This document shows, piece after piece, positions 51,263-64,000 of a stretch of 64,000 nt of DNA. Below the pieces are notes generated by a model. It saw only the letters and a list, made by a program, of their open reading frames with translations, had not been told where the DNA came from and did no database searches. Each line of letters opens with the position of its first letter. The first letter of the stretch is position 1. Source of the DNA: Vicugna vicugna (Eukaryota); assembly GCA_013265495.1 (NCBI GenBank), contig MU058687.1, positions 5,330,093 to 5,394,092 on the forward strand. The letters are read 5' to 3'. The position numbers and the translations under genes were made by a program.

Positions 51263-54200
51263 ATTTTCTCAGAACTTTCCTGGAAATTAAAGCAAAAACA
51301 GAAACACAGAAACATGATCAGTTATACAATTCTCAATATCCATGAAAATATCCAAGAAATTATACTAATTTTTTATGGGAGGGAAAATTTTGCCTTCACC
51401 CAGCAGAGAAAATACCTCAACTGCATTTTAAACATTGAACAATGTTCAGTGAGGTTTTAGATGTGCTCTTCACACACACATGAGCAAATCTCAGGAGTTG
51501 CCCAATGGGTAGAATCATCACAGCCTCCCTAGTGAACTTCATGACACATCCACTGCTCACTATGAAAAGCCAAAGCAAACTTGGTTGTCAAAAAATTTTC
51601 CCTACTGCAGGCCCTTAAAACTTCGGAGGAACCAGGATCATCAGAAAGGAATGCTTCTGATGGGTCTATACAAGTTTGGTTCAGCTGCTTAGACGTAATT
51701 AACAACCAGTCAGTCCAATCAATTAACAATTTGAGTCCATGAAACACATTCCATCAAAATTCAGTAATATGAAAATGAAAGAGCCCACCAATACAGATGT
51801 TTATCTATTAAGATGGCTGTGTACACTATGTAGACCACGCAAAGACATAGCTTTTTTTCTTTCTTCTTTAAGTACGGTTCTGAGGATTTCTGGGAAGTAG
51901 CTAGCTGTCTGATGATAATGACATATGCATAATGTTTTCAGAACTTATTCACAAGTATAGCCAGCTTGTGAGGTCATATTCTTACCTATGAAACAGGAGA
52001 TTCAATAACATGACCAAAGTCTAACATCAAGTTATTAATAGAAGAAGAGGAAGTTTGGTATTTTATGAAGAAATCTGGAGTCACAGTAAACAAAGGTTTG
52101 TTGTCCAAATCCTGCATTTACTAGTTAAGTGGTTTAATACCATCTTCCTAGCTCCAAATTCTTGACTTTATACTCTTAAGTTTGGTTTCCAACTTTGAGT
52201 CATCCAGATTTAGTGTTCATTTTCATTATCATTCAAAATTTGCTACTTAGTTCTATTCTTACAGTTTTTGACTGAGCCAACACCTCTGGCTTTAGCATCT
52301 TTTAGTCTTGAGTGAGATCCCTTGTCTAGCTCCAGCAATAAAGAACACAGCCCTTAAGTTGAGCTTTGGCTGGTCCAGCCCCAACTCTCGCCAAGGCATC
52401 CACACACAACACAGACAAATTCCCACAGGCAGCAAAAACTAAAACAGGACTAATTATCAAGTGTTGGGGCATTGGTGAATGCACGGACAGCAAAGAAGAT
52501 GAAGCCCCGTATATATAATATACACTGATACATAGCAAAGGCAATACAGGTCCCTTACCCTGGGATAACAATATGTTTAGATGGGTTTCGAGTGAGATTC
52601 TATGGGTAATGTATCATCAGCAAAGATAAATGCAAAATCTTCTCCACTTCAGTTTACTTTCTCAAATTATTAACAAAAAAATATTTTCCACCAGAGGGAG
52701 GTACGTATTTAAAATCACGCTATCAATTTCACTGTATAAATAGAACCATATGGGATTCAGCCTCTTATCCCCAGTATTGCAGTCCCACCTCCTCCCTTAA
52801 CCCCCATCCATTGACAAGATCAAATTTAGGGTATCTTTCATTAAAGTGTTATCAATGAATAAATGGGCTGAGTGATACTGGATGGTGGCAGAGACAATTA
52901 AAACAAAGTTACTTGGTTGTCCTACTTATCTGTCATATAGGCTGATTTACAAGCTTCCTATAAGAGGTAATTTAATGGCTCTTTAATAGAAGGAGGCTTG
53001 AAAAAGTACCAGAAGATGGTATTGTGGGTAATGACCCAGTCTATAATGATTTAAGCAATGATTTGTCTTATCTATTTACCTGTACTCAAAGGCTGAACTT
53101 GCATATATGCATACATACTGTCTTCTGGTGGACTGGGCTGCCTAAAAGCCTTTCAGAAGAGAGAATGTAAACACAATTAAATAATTAAAATACATGAAAC
53201 TCAAGAAAGGAGCAAAACTAGAGAAAACAACAACAATAATAATTGATGATAATGACGATGGTGATGCAACCCAAACAGAAACTACACAGTACTTGCGCTC
53301 TAACTTGCCTTGGCTTCCCATTGAAAGATACATGGCGTCTTTCTAGAGTACCTGCTTTTTAACCTCTTCCAGCACGTCCCACAGAGATCCTGAGCTGTCG
53401 ACTGCCAAAAAGGGTGAATAGAAGTGGCTTATTTCTTCCAAATAGCCCATTGGCATCCATACACAACAGAACCAACTCTCACAAGCAGTAAGGACCAGCA
53501 CAGGACTCTTACCAAATGGCATCTCATCTACTGATTAACGTATCTCTTGGTCTCTATCATTTCAATTGCAAATCCTTCAGCTACAGCCCCATCCTGCACT
53601 GCTTCCACTAATGTTGTAGGAGCATAAATGAGAACTTGGCTTAGAGAAAATGACCAGGTTGAGCGCAGTGGCAGTCTATCTACTGTTTCATTTTAAGTAT
53701 TGGTAGTATATGAGGGCCAGAAGTTTGGGTGCAAGCCAGGGGGTCAGTCAGGAGCAGGAAGCCAGGGCCTAAGAGGAAAGTCTACAGTGACTGGCTTCCT
53801 TGGCCATTCTAGACGAAAGGGATCCAGGAGCTTCGAGGACCTGCTCTGTCTATGCCTTGGCCACAGCCGACTTAGTTTGGGGGCACTGAATTGACTGGTC
53901 TCCGTGGTGGAAATGGCAGTACATTATTTCGGGGAAGTTGAGCTTGCCTCTGACCCCTGCTCCTGGTGCCCCAGACAGTACTCCTTGCCTCTGGCCATGA
54001 AGAGATGGTCCGTGAGGTCATTTCTGGGCAAGGTTTCCATGGAACAGAGACAGAGTCCATTGGGCTAGTATGTGAGGGAAATTTCAGGGCCCTGTTTCCT
54101 AAGAGAGCTGGAAAAGACATTATTAGGTACTGAGAAGAATGGCCTGTGGGCTTTTAAAATAAAATTTAAAAGGGAAAGCAAAATGAGAGTTTTCCCAGGA

Positions 54201-54417
54201 AAACTTGACTTGGACATACTTTCTGCGGGTGGAGCAGCAGACACCAGCGTTGACCTTGCGGGCTGGTTTTGGATAAAATCAGGAAGGAGGCAAAGCTGGT
54301 CATCGGGACCCCTGCTGAGCGCCCTCAGCCTCTGTACTCCCAGGCCTCTCCTGTGACTCATTCTAGGTTTGCCCTCCCTGGGGGCATCCCATCCTGCAAA
54401 GTTAACAGGCTGGTTTT

Positions 54418-54756
54418 CCAAGCTGTCCAGTACAGTAGCCATGAACCACATGTGTCTACGGAGTATCTGAAATGTAGTTAGCCTGAACTGAAATATGCTG
54501 TAAAGTATAAAACACAAAACAGATTTCAAAGATATAGAAATATACAGAAAAGGAATGTGAAATATCACCCAAATGTTTTTATATTGATTACATTTTGAAA
54601 GGAAAATATTTTGGATATATTAGGTTAAATAAAATAGATTATTAAAATAAAACAGCTCCCCTTTACTCTTATTTTTAATGTGGTTATTATAAATTTCAAG
54701 ATTACATTTGTGGCTTTCATTTGTGGCTCACATTTTATTTCTTTTTGACCACACTG
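54418..54756. mobile_element. MER33-like (hAT-Charlie) MITE
   Basis: gctgtccagtacagtagcca…ttggatatattaggttaaataaaat…gtggctcacatt. Confidence 0.8.
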
Positions 54757-56379
54757 TTCTCCATCCTCGGGGTTTTCATTTCAAATATAATAAATTTACC
54801 CTTGACAAAGACAAGGGTGAGCTTTCTCAAATAACATGTTTGATTTTAACAGGAGGTAGTGGAGACAGGTATGTGAGGGAACAGGTAATTCCTTTGTCCT
54901 GGAATGTGCTTCTGTTTTCATCACTCTGGCAAACTCTTATTCACCCATCAAGAGCCAGATGAAATGTCTCCTCCACCGGGAAGCTTTCCCTAACTCTCCC
55001 AGGGAGAGACAGTTTGTCCCTTCTTTACTCTCTCAGCACGCCACGCAAATCTCTGCCAGAGCACTCTACATCATTACAATAAACCTTAATTTAAATGTCT
55101 TCTCTTCTAAGCTGTGAACTTCAAAGTAAGGACTGAGTCTTATTAGTTTTAATAAAATAATAATTTTGTAAGAGTCATTCTAAAAGTGTTTTCTGAAGCC
55201 TTAATATATTCATTTATAAACAGATTCATTTACCCTGAGATCAAGCCTCCTGAGCCACTGAACCAGCAGCAGGGGTCTGACCACACCGCTTGTTCTTCAA
55301 ATAGCCCCGTATTATGGACCTTGTAGTGAGTTTTTCCCTCATAAACTGCCATCCTAGCTACGTACAATGAATTCACTTAGAAATAGCTATCTCAGCGATG
55401 ACTTAGCGCAGGGCTTTAACCATACTGCCGATGGAGGTGTCCTGGGTTTATCTCCTTGTGCATGTCATGTGGAATCAAGCCTCAGCCAGCTCATCTGGGT
55501 CCTGCTCTTTACACTGTTCTCTCCTCTCTTTCCTTCTAGTGCTGTTCTCAGTGTTCTATTGTAAACTATCTTCTTACCTCACCCCTGTGAATTCTTTCCT
55601 GCTTCCAAAGGCAATGTTTATTATGTTGCTTGGGGGCTGACTCTGCTCCAAGCCAGTGGAATATGGGATTCATTAGGAAGACGATGAAGACTTAATAATT
55701 CAGCAAGGATTCAATCCTTTCCTCTTTTCTGACAACTGCCAATCTGAGGGCTGACAACGTCAGCCTTCTAATGCATCCAAAGCAGGCTGTCCTGCCTGTG
55801 GCTTTGTTAGTCTTTGTTATGTAGAGGGCTGTCCTGTGTGTGGTTAAAGGAGCTGGGACTTTGCTTCACTGGTTAGAAGTGTTTCCTATCTGCACAAACA
55901 CCCCACGGAATACCGAGGAACAGACCTTGCTCCTGCCGCTAGTAGCCCTCTTTCTAATGGTTGCTGTGTGAGCCACCTACACTACTTGGCTTTTGAAAAA
56001 GTAGGCCAGCCTTTGTAAAGGGTGGCCTCAAAAGAGGAGGCAGTTTCACAGTTCTTGTGAAACGGTCAAAGTTCTATCTTTAACTATCATTGAGATAGTG
56101 GAAACAAACCAGATTGCCAAAGAGTTTTCATTAAGCTAGTGAAAACAAATCAAAGGCCATTTTGAAAAGTGTTAAACTTTCTTTGGTCTTGAGCAGGTAG
56201 TGACAAGACACAATATTTTTCTTTGGTGTTATGGAGGTAGTGACAAGACAGTTAAAGGAAAAGGGAAATCTAACGGATGCATATCTTCATGTTTAAATAT
56301 GAGATTACACAATTGTGGAAATTTATCTCTCAGCTTCCTTGACTAATTTCTCCTTTTCAGGTCCACTGGGAGAGGTTAG

Positions 56380-56800
56380 AGATAAAAATTTGGTCTGCCT
56401 GGAATGCTCCCAGCCCTCCCACTTTGCCTGAGTAACATCTACCACTTCTTCCCGCCTCAGCTTGGACTCCACTCCTACTGCAAAGTCTTTTCTGATCTCC
56501 CAAGATGCAGAGAGAAGTTCACTACTGTACGCTCAATTTCCAGCACAGCGCCCAACCCAGACAGGTACTCAAGAAATGTTTGTTGACTGAAGAAATGAAT
56601 GGTAGCAGAGTACAGGGGAAAAAAAAACACTGATTTGCAGATCAAGTCTTAGCTTTGCCGTTTATCAAAGTCATTAACTTCCCAGATGTGTGTGCTCATC
56701 AGTAAAAAATGGAAATAATAGTATCTACTTCACAGAGATTTCTGAAAACAAGTAAACTTATGTGGTGAAAGCATTTTGTAAACTGAAAATGCATTATAAA
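56380..56800 (+). mobile_element. L2 tail followed by MIR
   Basis: ggtactcaagaaatgtttgttgactga; then ctcatcagtaaaaaatggaaataatagtatctacttcacagag. Confidence 0.6.
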
Positions 56801-59199
56801 ATTTGAACCTATAACTTCCTTTTCCCTTTACCTACCTATTGGCTATGAGGGTCTAAATACAATGTAACACTTTGGAATGTGAGCCAAAATTATTTGCGAA
56901 GTAGGTTGGAGAAAACCTGCCAACCATATTCTCTGCTAAGTACAATTCCACAGTGGACTGCATTTAATCCATGGCTGATATGCAGAGAATCCCTTCTGGG
57001 CAGTCCAAGCAGTGCAGGAAAGGGGTCCCTAGAAATCAGAGCAATAGAAGAGGAGGACCAGGAAAAAGGAGATGGTTTCAGGCTTCTCACTGCCTATGAC
57101 TGTCCACAGTGAGGATCAACTGAGTTTTGAGACCAGAGGTCAGTGAAGGAGCTCTGGAATACTGTTCAAATGGCCAGTGTTTTAACAGCTTTGCCAAATG
57201 ATTGGGTTGAGTATGAATTTAAGTTTATTATCTTGCCTTCCCAGGGAGCAGTTTCTAGCAAAGTCAGGAACATTGTTTGAACAATGTATAATCAGAAGGG
57301 TAAAAAGAACGTATACAGAAATTTTGCTCACTGGCCTCTTTACTCAGTATAGCATTTAGAATAAACCAAGAAAGGAGACTGCCTATAAGGAAAAGAGAGG
57401 AAACATTTGTTAACCAGGAAAGAATTGGATTTGCATACTGTACCAAGCAGCTTGTAGATATTTTTGATAAGTTGTTGATCCTATTTTGACTAACAGTATA
57501 TATGAAGTAGGACTGAGTTGTAGAACAGAGTTTAATATGAGGACAGCCAAAGGAAGAAAACCAAGCCAAGATATGGCACTCAGATCTCCTATCAGTTATC
57601 AGAGTGATCTTGGCAATCTGTGTAACCTTTCCTGCCGCAGCATCCTTATATGACAGATAAATGGTCAACATGACCAAATCCAGTAGAGTCAACCAGTGAA
57701 TCTTTAAGAGCAAAGGATTAAGTTCTCCCAGATGTAGCTGACATAAGGGTCTTTGTGATTATTTGTTACAAGGAATAGACATCTAGCTAGCTCATACAAA
57801 AGCCTACACATAAGAGATTTTGCATGCAGCTGAGAGAAGAGAAGGAAGAGCAGGGCTCCACAGGGATAAGAACTGGGCTGGAAGTCCAGGAGTGGGGAAG
57901 CTGTTTCATTTCTCTTATCTGCCTTTTGGCCTCTCTCTGTCTTCTCTTTATCTCAATTGGCCTCCTTTGGTTGCATATTGTCCAACATAACATGTTAGGC
58001 AATCTACCATCACGACTTCCTAACACCTAGGAACATTAGCTCAAGTCCCTCTCCTTTGATCCAACCAGGTATGGCCATTAAACTCAGGGCTACATGATAA
58101 AAGAAGGCAGTAGGGCTCAGTGTAGAGAGGGTTTGTAAAAAGGGGATGGAAGCAGAGATGTACATCACTTAAGTGACTAAATCTACTCTACAAGAGCAAT
58201 TTGGGGCTTATGCATGGTGTTAAGGACATGGAAGGAGGCATGGCTTAAGGAGGAATATGCGGGAAATGGTCTTTATTTAGGAACCAGGCCAATAAAGTAG
58301 ACCAAAGTGTGATACATCTCCTCCTTTTTCATGTGTTCCCCTCAGTAGGAAACAGTGATTTCAGTCTTCTGTGAGTCACAAAGGGAAAGAAAACTCTTCA
58401 AGGGGGCCTCTAATTGTGGTTTAGAAAAAAATGCCTTATAAAAAAAAATCTGTACCTAATTTTTCCCTTGCCAGCCAGTACACTCAGCATATTAGTACCA
58501 GTAACCAAAATATTAATATATTCCTAGACTTTAAATGCCCTTCAGTTGCCTTGTGTTTGTCTTCTCCCAGGTAGATTGCATGATTCACAGCAAAAGCACA
58601 AATGAAGGTCCCATCCTCTGGCCCACTCACCTTCTTTTCCACATCTGCCTCCATCTTTTACTACAAAAAGCCTGAGCCATGTGGAGTGGACACCCACCTC
58701 AGGATGGAATCCTCCTCCAAAACAGTTACCCCTTGGCTATCCAGTGGGGTCAAGAGAAAAAGAACAACAGTGTAGTTCACTCTTGGGAGAAGAACAGACA
58801 GGGGAAGAGGACTGCAAGTGCTGAGAAATGGATTTAGCATCTCAGGTTCCCAGAGCAGTATAGAAATGAGGGGAGGAGTATAAAGGAACACACCCTATTT
58901 GAGAGGTTGACCCTATAAAGTGCTGAGCCAAGGTCAGAGACCTCAGTAGCCATGGTCCAAGAGCAGTGATGGCTGGCTGGGACTACCAGGAATCACCTAG
59001 GCACACTTTGACCTATGTGGAGTCTCTGACATTGAGTTTAGAACTATGCTTCTAAACTCAAAGCTTGGAAGGAAGCAGGCACTTGTATGGTTCACTGGCC
59101 AGAGCGGGCTGGGAGTGTCTGGATTTCTGCCCATGTGCATCAAGGAAGGGAAAGATCATTTAATGAGACCATTATAGCTCCAAGAGAGTATTTTAGGTG

Positions 59200-59710
59200 G
59201 AGTGCAGTCATTATCCCATAAAGTCCAAAGGTGTGATGTTTCTTCAACAGCAGGAATTTAACACGTTTGAAATCAAATTCACCATCCTTTTTCCTAAACC
59301 TTTCCCTCTTCATGCATCCCTTCACTGTCTTATCCCTCTTAAGAGCACCATTGTTTTCCCAGCAACTTTGCCTCTCCGTCTCTTTGGTTCCTCTCTTTTC
59401 TGAACTCTCTAACACTAAATGCTGTCACCAAGTCCCCTTGACTGTTTCTTTATTACATCCAATGCCTCTCCTCTTTTCTATCCCTGCTGCAGAGATTTAG
59501 TTCTGGCCCTTATTGTTTCCTGTCTAGACCATTACAATAAATTCCAGTCAATTTTCTACTTGAATCCAATCTAAACAATAACAAGACTTCTGTCTTAATC
59601 TTCTCAAAATACAAATCTGTTTACATCACTTCCCTTCTTAAAAAGCTTCAGTGGCTCCCCATTGACCAAACCCCTTAGCCTGGTATTCAAGTTCTCCACA
59701 ATGTAGCTCC
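59200..59710 (+). mobile_element. L2 fragment
   Basis: …aaaatacaaatctg..tacatcacttccc..cttaaaaagcttcagtggctcccca. Confidence 0.7.
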
Positions 59711-59719
59711 AGCCAAGCT

Positions 59720-61600
59720 CTTGACAGCATTTGGTTGTTTGTTTTCGTTATTACAAAAATAATCTTGGGTAATTGTGGAAAACTCACGTAAAAATATGAA
59801 AAATGATATAAATTTTAATCCTAATTTCACCATTGGAAGATATTTCAGTCTATCTACACATGTCTATCTACTTATTTACAAAAGTGAAGGCATCTTTTAT
59901 CATTTAATAGAGTATCAGTAGCATTTTTCTATACTTGAAAATAATTTTTAATTGTTAAAATAACATTTGCTGCACTAGCTCAAAATATAAATTCTTATTA
60001 TGTAATCTGTGTTTATTACAAAAATATGTAAAATATTGACAAGCATTAACAAACAAGTAAACTTATTCCATATTTAGATAAGATAGAACTAACGATGGCT
60101 GACATTCAGTGTATACAGTTACTGCTTATTCAATTATTCTGTCATGACACTTATCTAAGGTTACCTTTTCTCCTTTTTCCTCCAATGATTTAGAAGTTTC
60201 ACATCATGTTTTCTTTCTGGAAATGATGAAAAGATTAATACTATTTTAAAAATATATTATAACCTAATTATTCTCTACTTACTAGCATCAAGAATGAAAA
60301 GTACCCATTTATTTTCCCAGTACATGATAAGACATGATTTTATATCACTCTTTCATTTCCTCATCAGTTTCCCAGTTTTTGTTTATAGAATTTGAATTTT
60401 AAGACCAAATTATTATTATTACTTTTCTTATTATGATTGATAGCAAAAATGTTTCATCACCCAAGAAATAATTATCCATATTCAAAGAGTTTTATTGCTC
60501 AAAACCCAATCTTTTTTTTTTTTAACTGTAACTTACTTATTCTTAAGTTCACTGTTCTATTTCGTTTTAACTGTCAATTGTCTTCCTAGGATGTGTGTGT
60601 ATGTGTAGTTTCTCTTTTCAGAAGGGTGCAGGAAATACATTTCCACTGCCCAAACACAATAATGGCAATTTTAATCAGTATAGAACTCTCATGTGACAAT
60701 CTTTTAAAAACCAAAATCCTTTTGCTCATTTTCTATTCTTACTGTCTTCAGAATTTTGGAGAAGACAATGATGCCAACCCCATCTTAGTTCTTTTTAACT
60801 CAACCTGTTTCAAATACCTTTATCGTTAATTTTTAAAAATTTCAACAAGCTATATCTAGATGTTTGTATATTTGCATTAAATTTACCTGATAATTGGCAA
60901 GTCTTCTCAATCAAAGATTTGGATCTTTCTTCATTTTAGGACAATTTCTTCTTTTACTTCTTTACTTCTTTCTATTCTTTTGTTCCTTACTGATTTATGT
61001 TCTACTTTGCGTAGATTTTTTTCTAAATCTGTGTCCAATTTTCTCTTTTTTTCCTCTCAAGAATTCCATTTTTTAATCCCATAGGTTCTTGGAGATATTT
61101 TCAAAGTTTCAAACATTATTTTTCAGTTTTAAGAGTACTCCATCAAATTTTCATCACCTTCTTGTAATTAAGTCTTTTTAAAAATTCCCATGAAATCTTT
61201 CATGATTTCAGAATATAGCCTTTCACAACTGTTTGCTCAATTTTCATAGCTGGGACAACTTTTTGAATCATGTCAATAATAAGAATAAAAATACTTCTAA
61301 TTTTTCTTCTTCCACCCAAGAAAATGTGGTCTTATCCTTTTGAATAGAGCACCATTTTTGTGGGTTTAGTGATATTCCCTATTTATAAGTCCTTATAAAA
61401 GAAGAAAGAAATTCAGTCACACTTGGCCTCTACTAACAGGAGAAGCCCAGTGTACTTCCTCCATTTCTCTGGGATAAAAACTTTTGGTCTTCTAGTTTTT
61501 GCTTCTTATGAATTCCTCTGAATTGGAGTCTCATCGATTCCATCCACTGGTCTCCTCTAATCTCTACTTTCCCAAGCAGAGAGCACTCGCTCGTCATAGG
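59720..61600 (-). mobile_element. Old L1ME/HAL1-type remnant
   Basis: T-rich antisense-LINE-like tract; subfamily uncertain. Confidence 0.4.
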
Positions 61601-62259
61601 AGGAGAAGTTTTAGGTCACTGTTCTATTCTTTATTTAATCTGCTTTTTTTCGAGCTTCATTTCTTAATATTTTTAGGAGGTGGATTTCACAAATTTTGTT
61701 TTCCCACATTTTTGCATGACCTCGGCCACTTCTGTTGGTATCTGGTGATAGGGGAGTTGCCTCTGCTATTATCACCGTCGTCCTAAAACCTGTTTCCATT
61801 ACATTTTTCCTCAATGTCTTCACCATATGTCCTATGATTTCTGAAGAATATGATTTTTCTTGTGCTGTTTCATTTTCCTGGAAGATATTTCCCAGCATCT
61901 CTTCTCAATCCACCTCTTCCTTCTGAAATAATCAAGACAAAGGAGTTTTCAGTGAGGAGTATAATAAAAGTGTCCACAAAGGAGGCACAGAATATAGAAC
62001 TCTCTCTTAAATGTGCTCTTATGCTTTCTGTTTGTTAATATACATTCGAATCTACCATAAGTGAAAGATATATGTGATTGTACTTTATTTCACCAATTAG
62101 AGCACTCAAGAGAGAGCAGGAACAGTGCTTGGCTCATGTTTATTTCCTCTATAAGGCACAAACAGAAACTGTCACATAGAAGGGACTCCAAAACGAAGCA
62201 TGCTAAATTTAGTTTAAGTTTGGCTATTATGCATTATAGACTTCATATCTATACGTGTG

Positions 62260-62430
62260 TTATTTCTGTTCCCCACAACAAGCATCAGAGGCAAGTACTA
62301 TTATTTCTTTTTGTAGAAAAGATATCTGGGGCACAGACAAGATTAATAAGTTTAAGGTCATGCAGTTACTCAGTGAAATTAGATTCACACCTAAGTATGA
62401 CTCCAATATCCATGTGACTTTCTGCCATAC
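62260..62430 (-). mobile_element. MIR SINE
   Basis: aaggtcatgcagttactcagtg…gattcacacctaagtatgactccaa. Confidence 0.65.
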
Positions 62431-62944
62431 CATTCTGATTCAATTAAATTTTAATTAAGTTTAGATGACTTCACCAGGCATAAAGCTTGTAGAAGGAATA
62501 TAATCGGGTTAGGTATGAAACAGCGTTCCTCCCTCGCTGAGCCTACTTTATGTCATCTCTCTTTGATCAAAAAATGGGAAGTAGATCCTAAGGCTTCTAC
62601 TGAATTGCTGACTGCAGTACTTCTGAAGCCCTTTGTAGATTTCCCTTTCCTCTTCCCAAATAATGTGACAATTTTCTGATTGAGACCTATGTGAAATAAC
62701 TAGCCATATTACCTCTTGAAAATATTAAATGAAATTTAACCAAGAATATAGTTTTTCCTTATGTCATAACTACAGTATCATCTTAGGACACGAAACCTAC
62801 TCATATCATGATCTGACTCTCCTGGGCTAGATCTATGCTTTGTGGAAGCAGCAGAAAAATAATATGCAGCAGCTGTTTTTCACTGACCAGAAAAGGAGTC
62901 ATTGAAAATGGTAAGGGTAGAAAAAAAAATTCTTTAAAGCATAA

Positions 62945-63170
62945 ACTGGAAGTGCATACGACAAACCCAGCCCACTGTTGTGTTTTGTTTGGATTAAACA
63001 GTGTTTTAAAACTATTTGACTTTGTGGCCAAAATTTAAAAGTTTGAAATTTCACAGAAAAATCCAGATTTCTGGGTTTTCTTTTTTTTAAAGAGTATGAA
63101 GGTCTGATCATACCAGACTTGCATTCCTGCATGAAAACTACTCAGGTTGAGTAGCAGCAGGAATGGCTGG
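62945..63170. mobile_element. MER102-like hAT MITE
   Basis: atttcacagaaaaatccagatttctgg…cattcctgcatg. Confidence 0.65.
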
Positions 63171-63554
63171 TACCTTCAACGGTAGTCCAGTCAGATTGGA
63201 ACATGAAACACTTATGAAGTAGATATAAAATACAGAATGTAAGAGCTGGAAGGAACGTAGGAAAATCAAATAAGGAAACTAGACCAGGAAGCTGATAGCC
63301 CCCTAGGTCACATAGCTGGTTGGCAACAGGGCTACAGGAAGTTAGGTATTCTGACCGCTCGAGTCATCGGTCTGCTTATGGACTATCTGCATTAGCACAT
63401 TGCCTTATCGAATGACAAATAAATGCTTTGAGATTTGGGTGCAAAATTATTTGAGTGGCCATATAGCAACGTGGTTCTGAAAACAGGATGCTATACAAGG
63501 TCCAGCTTGTACAAACAAAAGTGCTGATGCTGTATTAACCTTATTATATACATT

Positions 63555-63690
63555 ATTTTGTTCATTTATTCAACAAATATTTATCGAGCATCTACCATGT
63601 TCAAGGAATGGTATTGGGCATTCACTGGAGATGAAAAGAATGAACAATACAAATAAGATCTCTGCCTTCATAGTCATAAATTAGCAGTAG
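63555..63690 (-). mobile_element. L2 3' tail
   Basis: ttcatttattcaacaaatatttatcgagcatctaccatgt. Confidence 0.75.
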
Positions 63691-64000
63691 CATCTGTAAC
63701 AGAATCTCCAACAGTGAATAATCTAAAGATGTTTCTCCAGATTTAAAAGCAGAATTTCTTCATAGTTCATAGAGTCCAGCAAATATACCACACATAATCC
63801 ATGATGGGTTTTTGTTTTTCAAACTTATTATTATTAGTGGCAAATTAGAATCAGAGGCTCAAACAAGGCAGTAAATTAATGGGTCAAATGGTAGAACACA
63901 TTTTTGGGGATTTAAGTAAAAATATTAACTTTTAATAATTCACATTTCTAGCCAATAATTTGACTTTTTTTGTTTGTTTGAAGCTGAATTTTAAGGCATG

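Noticed and set aside
54065..54568. 167-aa minus-strand ORF
   Set aside because: Begins inside the MER33-like MITE, no domain resemblance.
40697..62458. Many short F/L/I-rich ORFs in the right half
   Set aside because: They arise from T-rich antisense LINE remnants and low-complexity DNA; no coherent exon chain or homology.
1..64000. CRISPR arrays, tRNA/rRNA genes, prokaryotic systems
   Set aside because: The sequence is mammalian; no repeat-spacer arrays or structured RNA genes were recognisable.

Overview
Mammalian (eutherian) genomic DNA, AT-rich and dense in old repeats: L2, MIR, MaLR/ERVL LTRs, hAT/Tigger MITEs, and old L1/HAL1. Two younger cetartiodactyl-type L1 3' ends are present, but I see no lineage-specific SINEs, which hints at a camelid (inference). 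I can support no intact protein-coding gene, RNA gene or CRISPR array. The main non-repeat signal is a long, decayed multi-exon gene on the minus strand, from about 32.7 kb (possibly 37 kb) down to about 2 kb. It has roughly 20 candidate exons with canonical splice sites, and many junctions are phase-compatible. Its hand-reconstructed translation repeatedly resembles the testis/cilia multi-RGS-domain proteins RGS22 and RGSL1, at paralog-level rather than ortholog-level similarity. It may be a lost third member of that family (unitary pseudogene). This family call rests on motifs recalled from memory and needs a homology search. Secondary observations: an L1 chimera carrying a copy of a neighbouring MIR/L1 junction, a GCNF-type DR0 plus CRE motif cluster beside two still-open pseudo-exons, an ancient L2-clade RT fossil, and a possible divergent spliced non-coding transcript on the plus strand.
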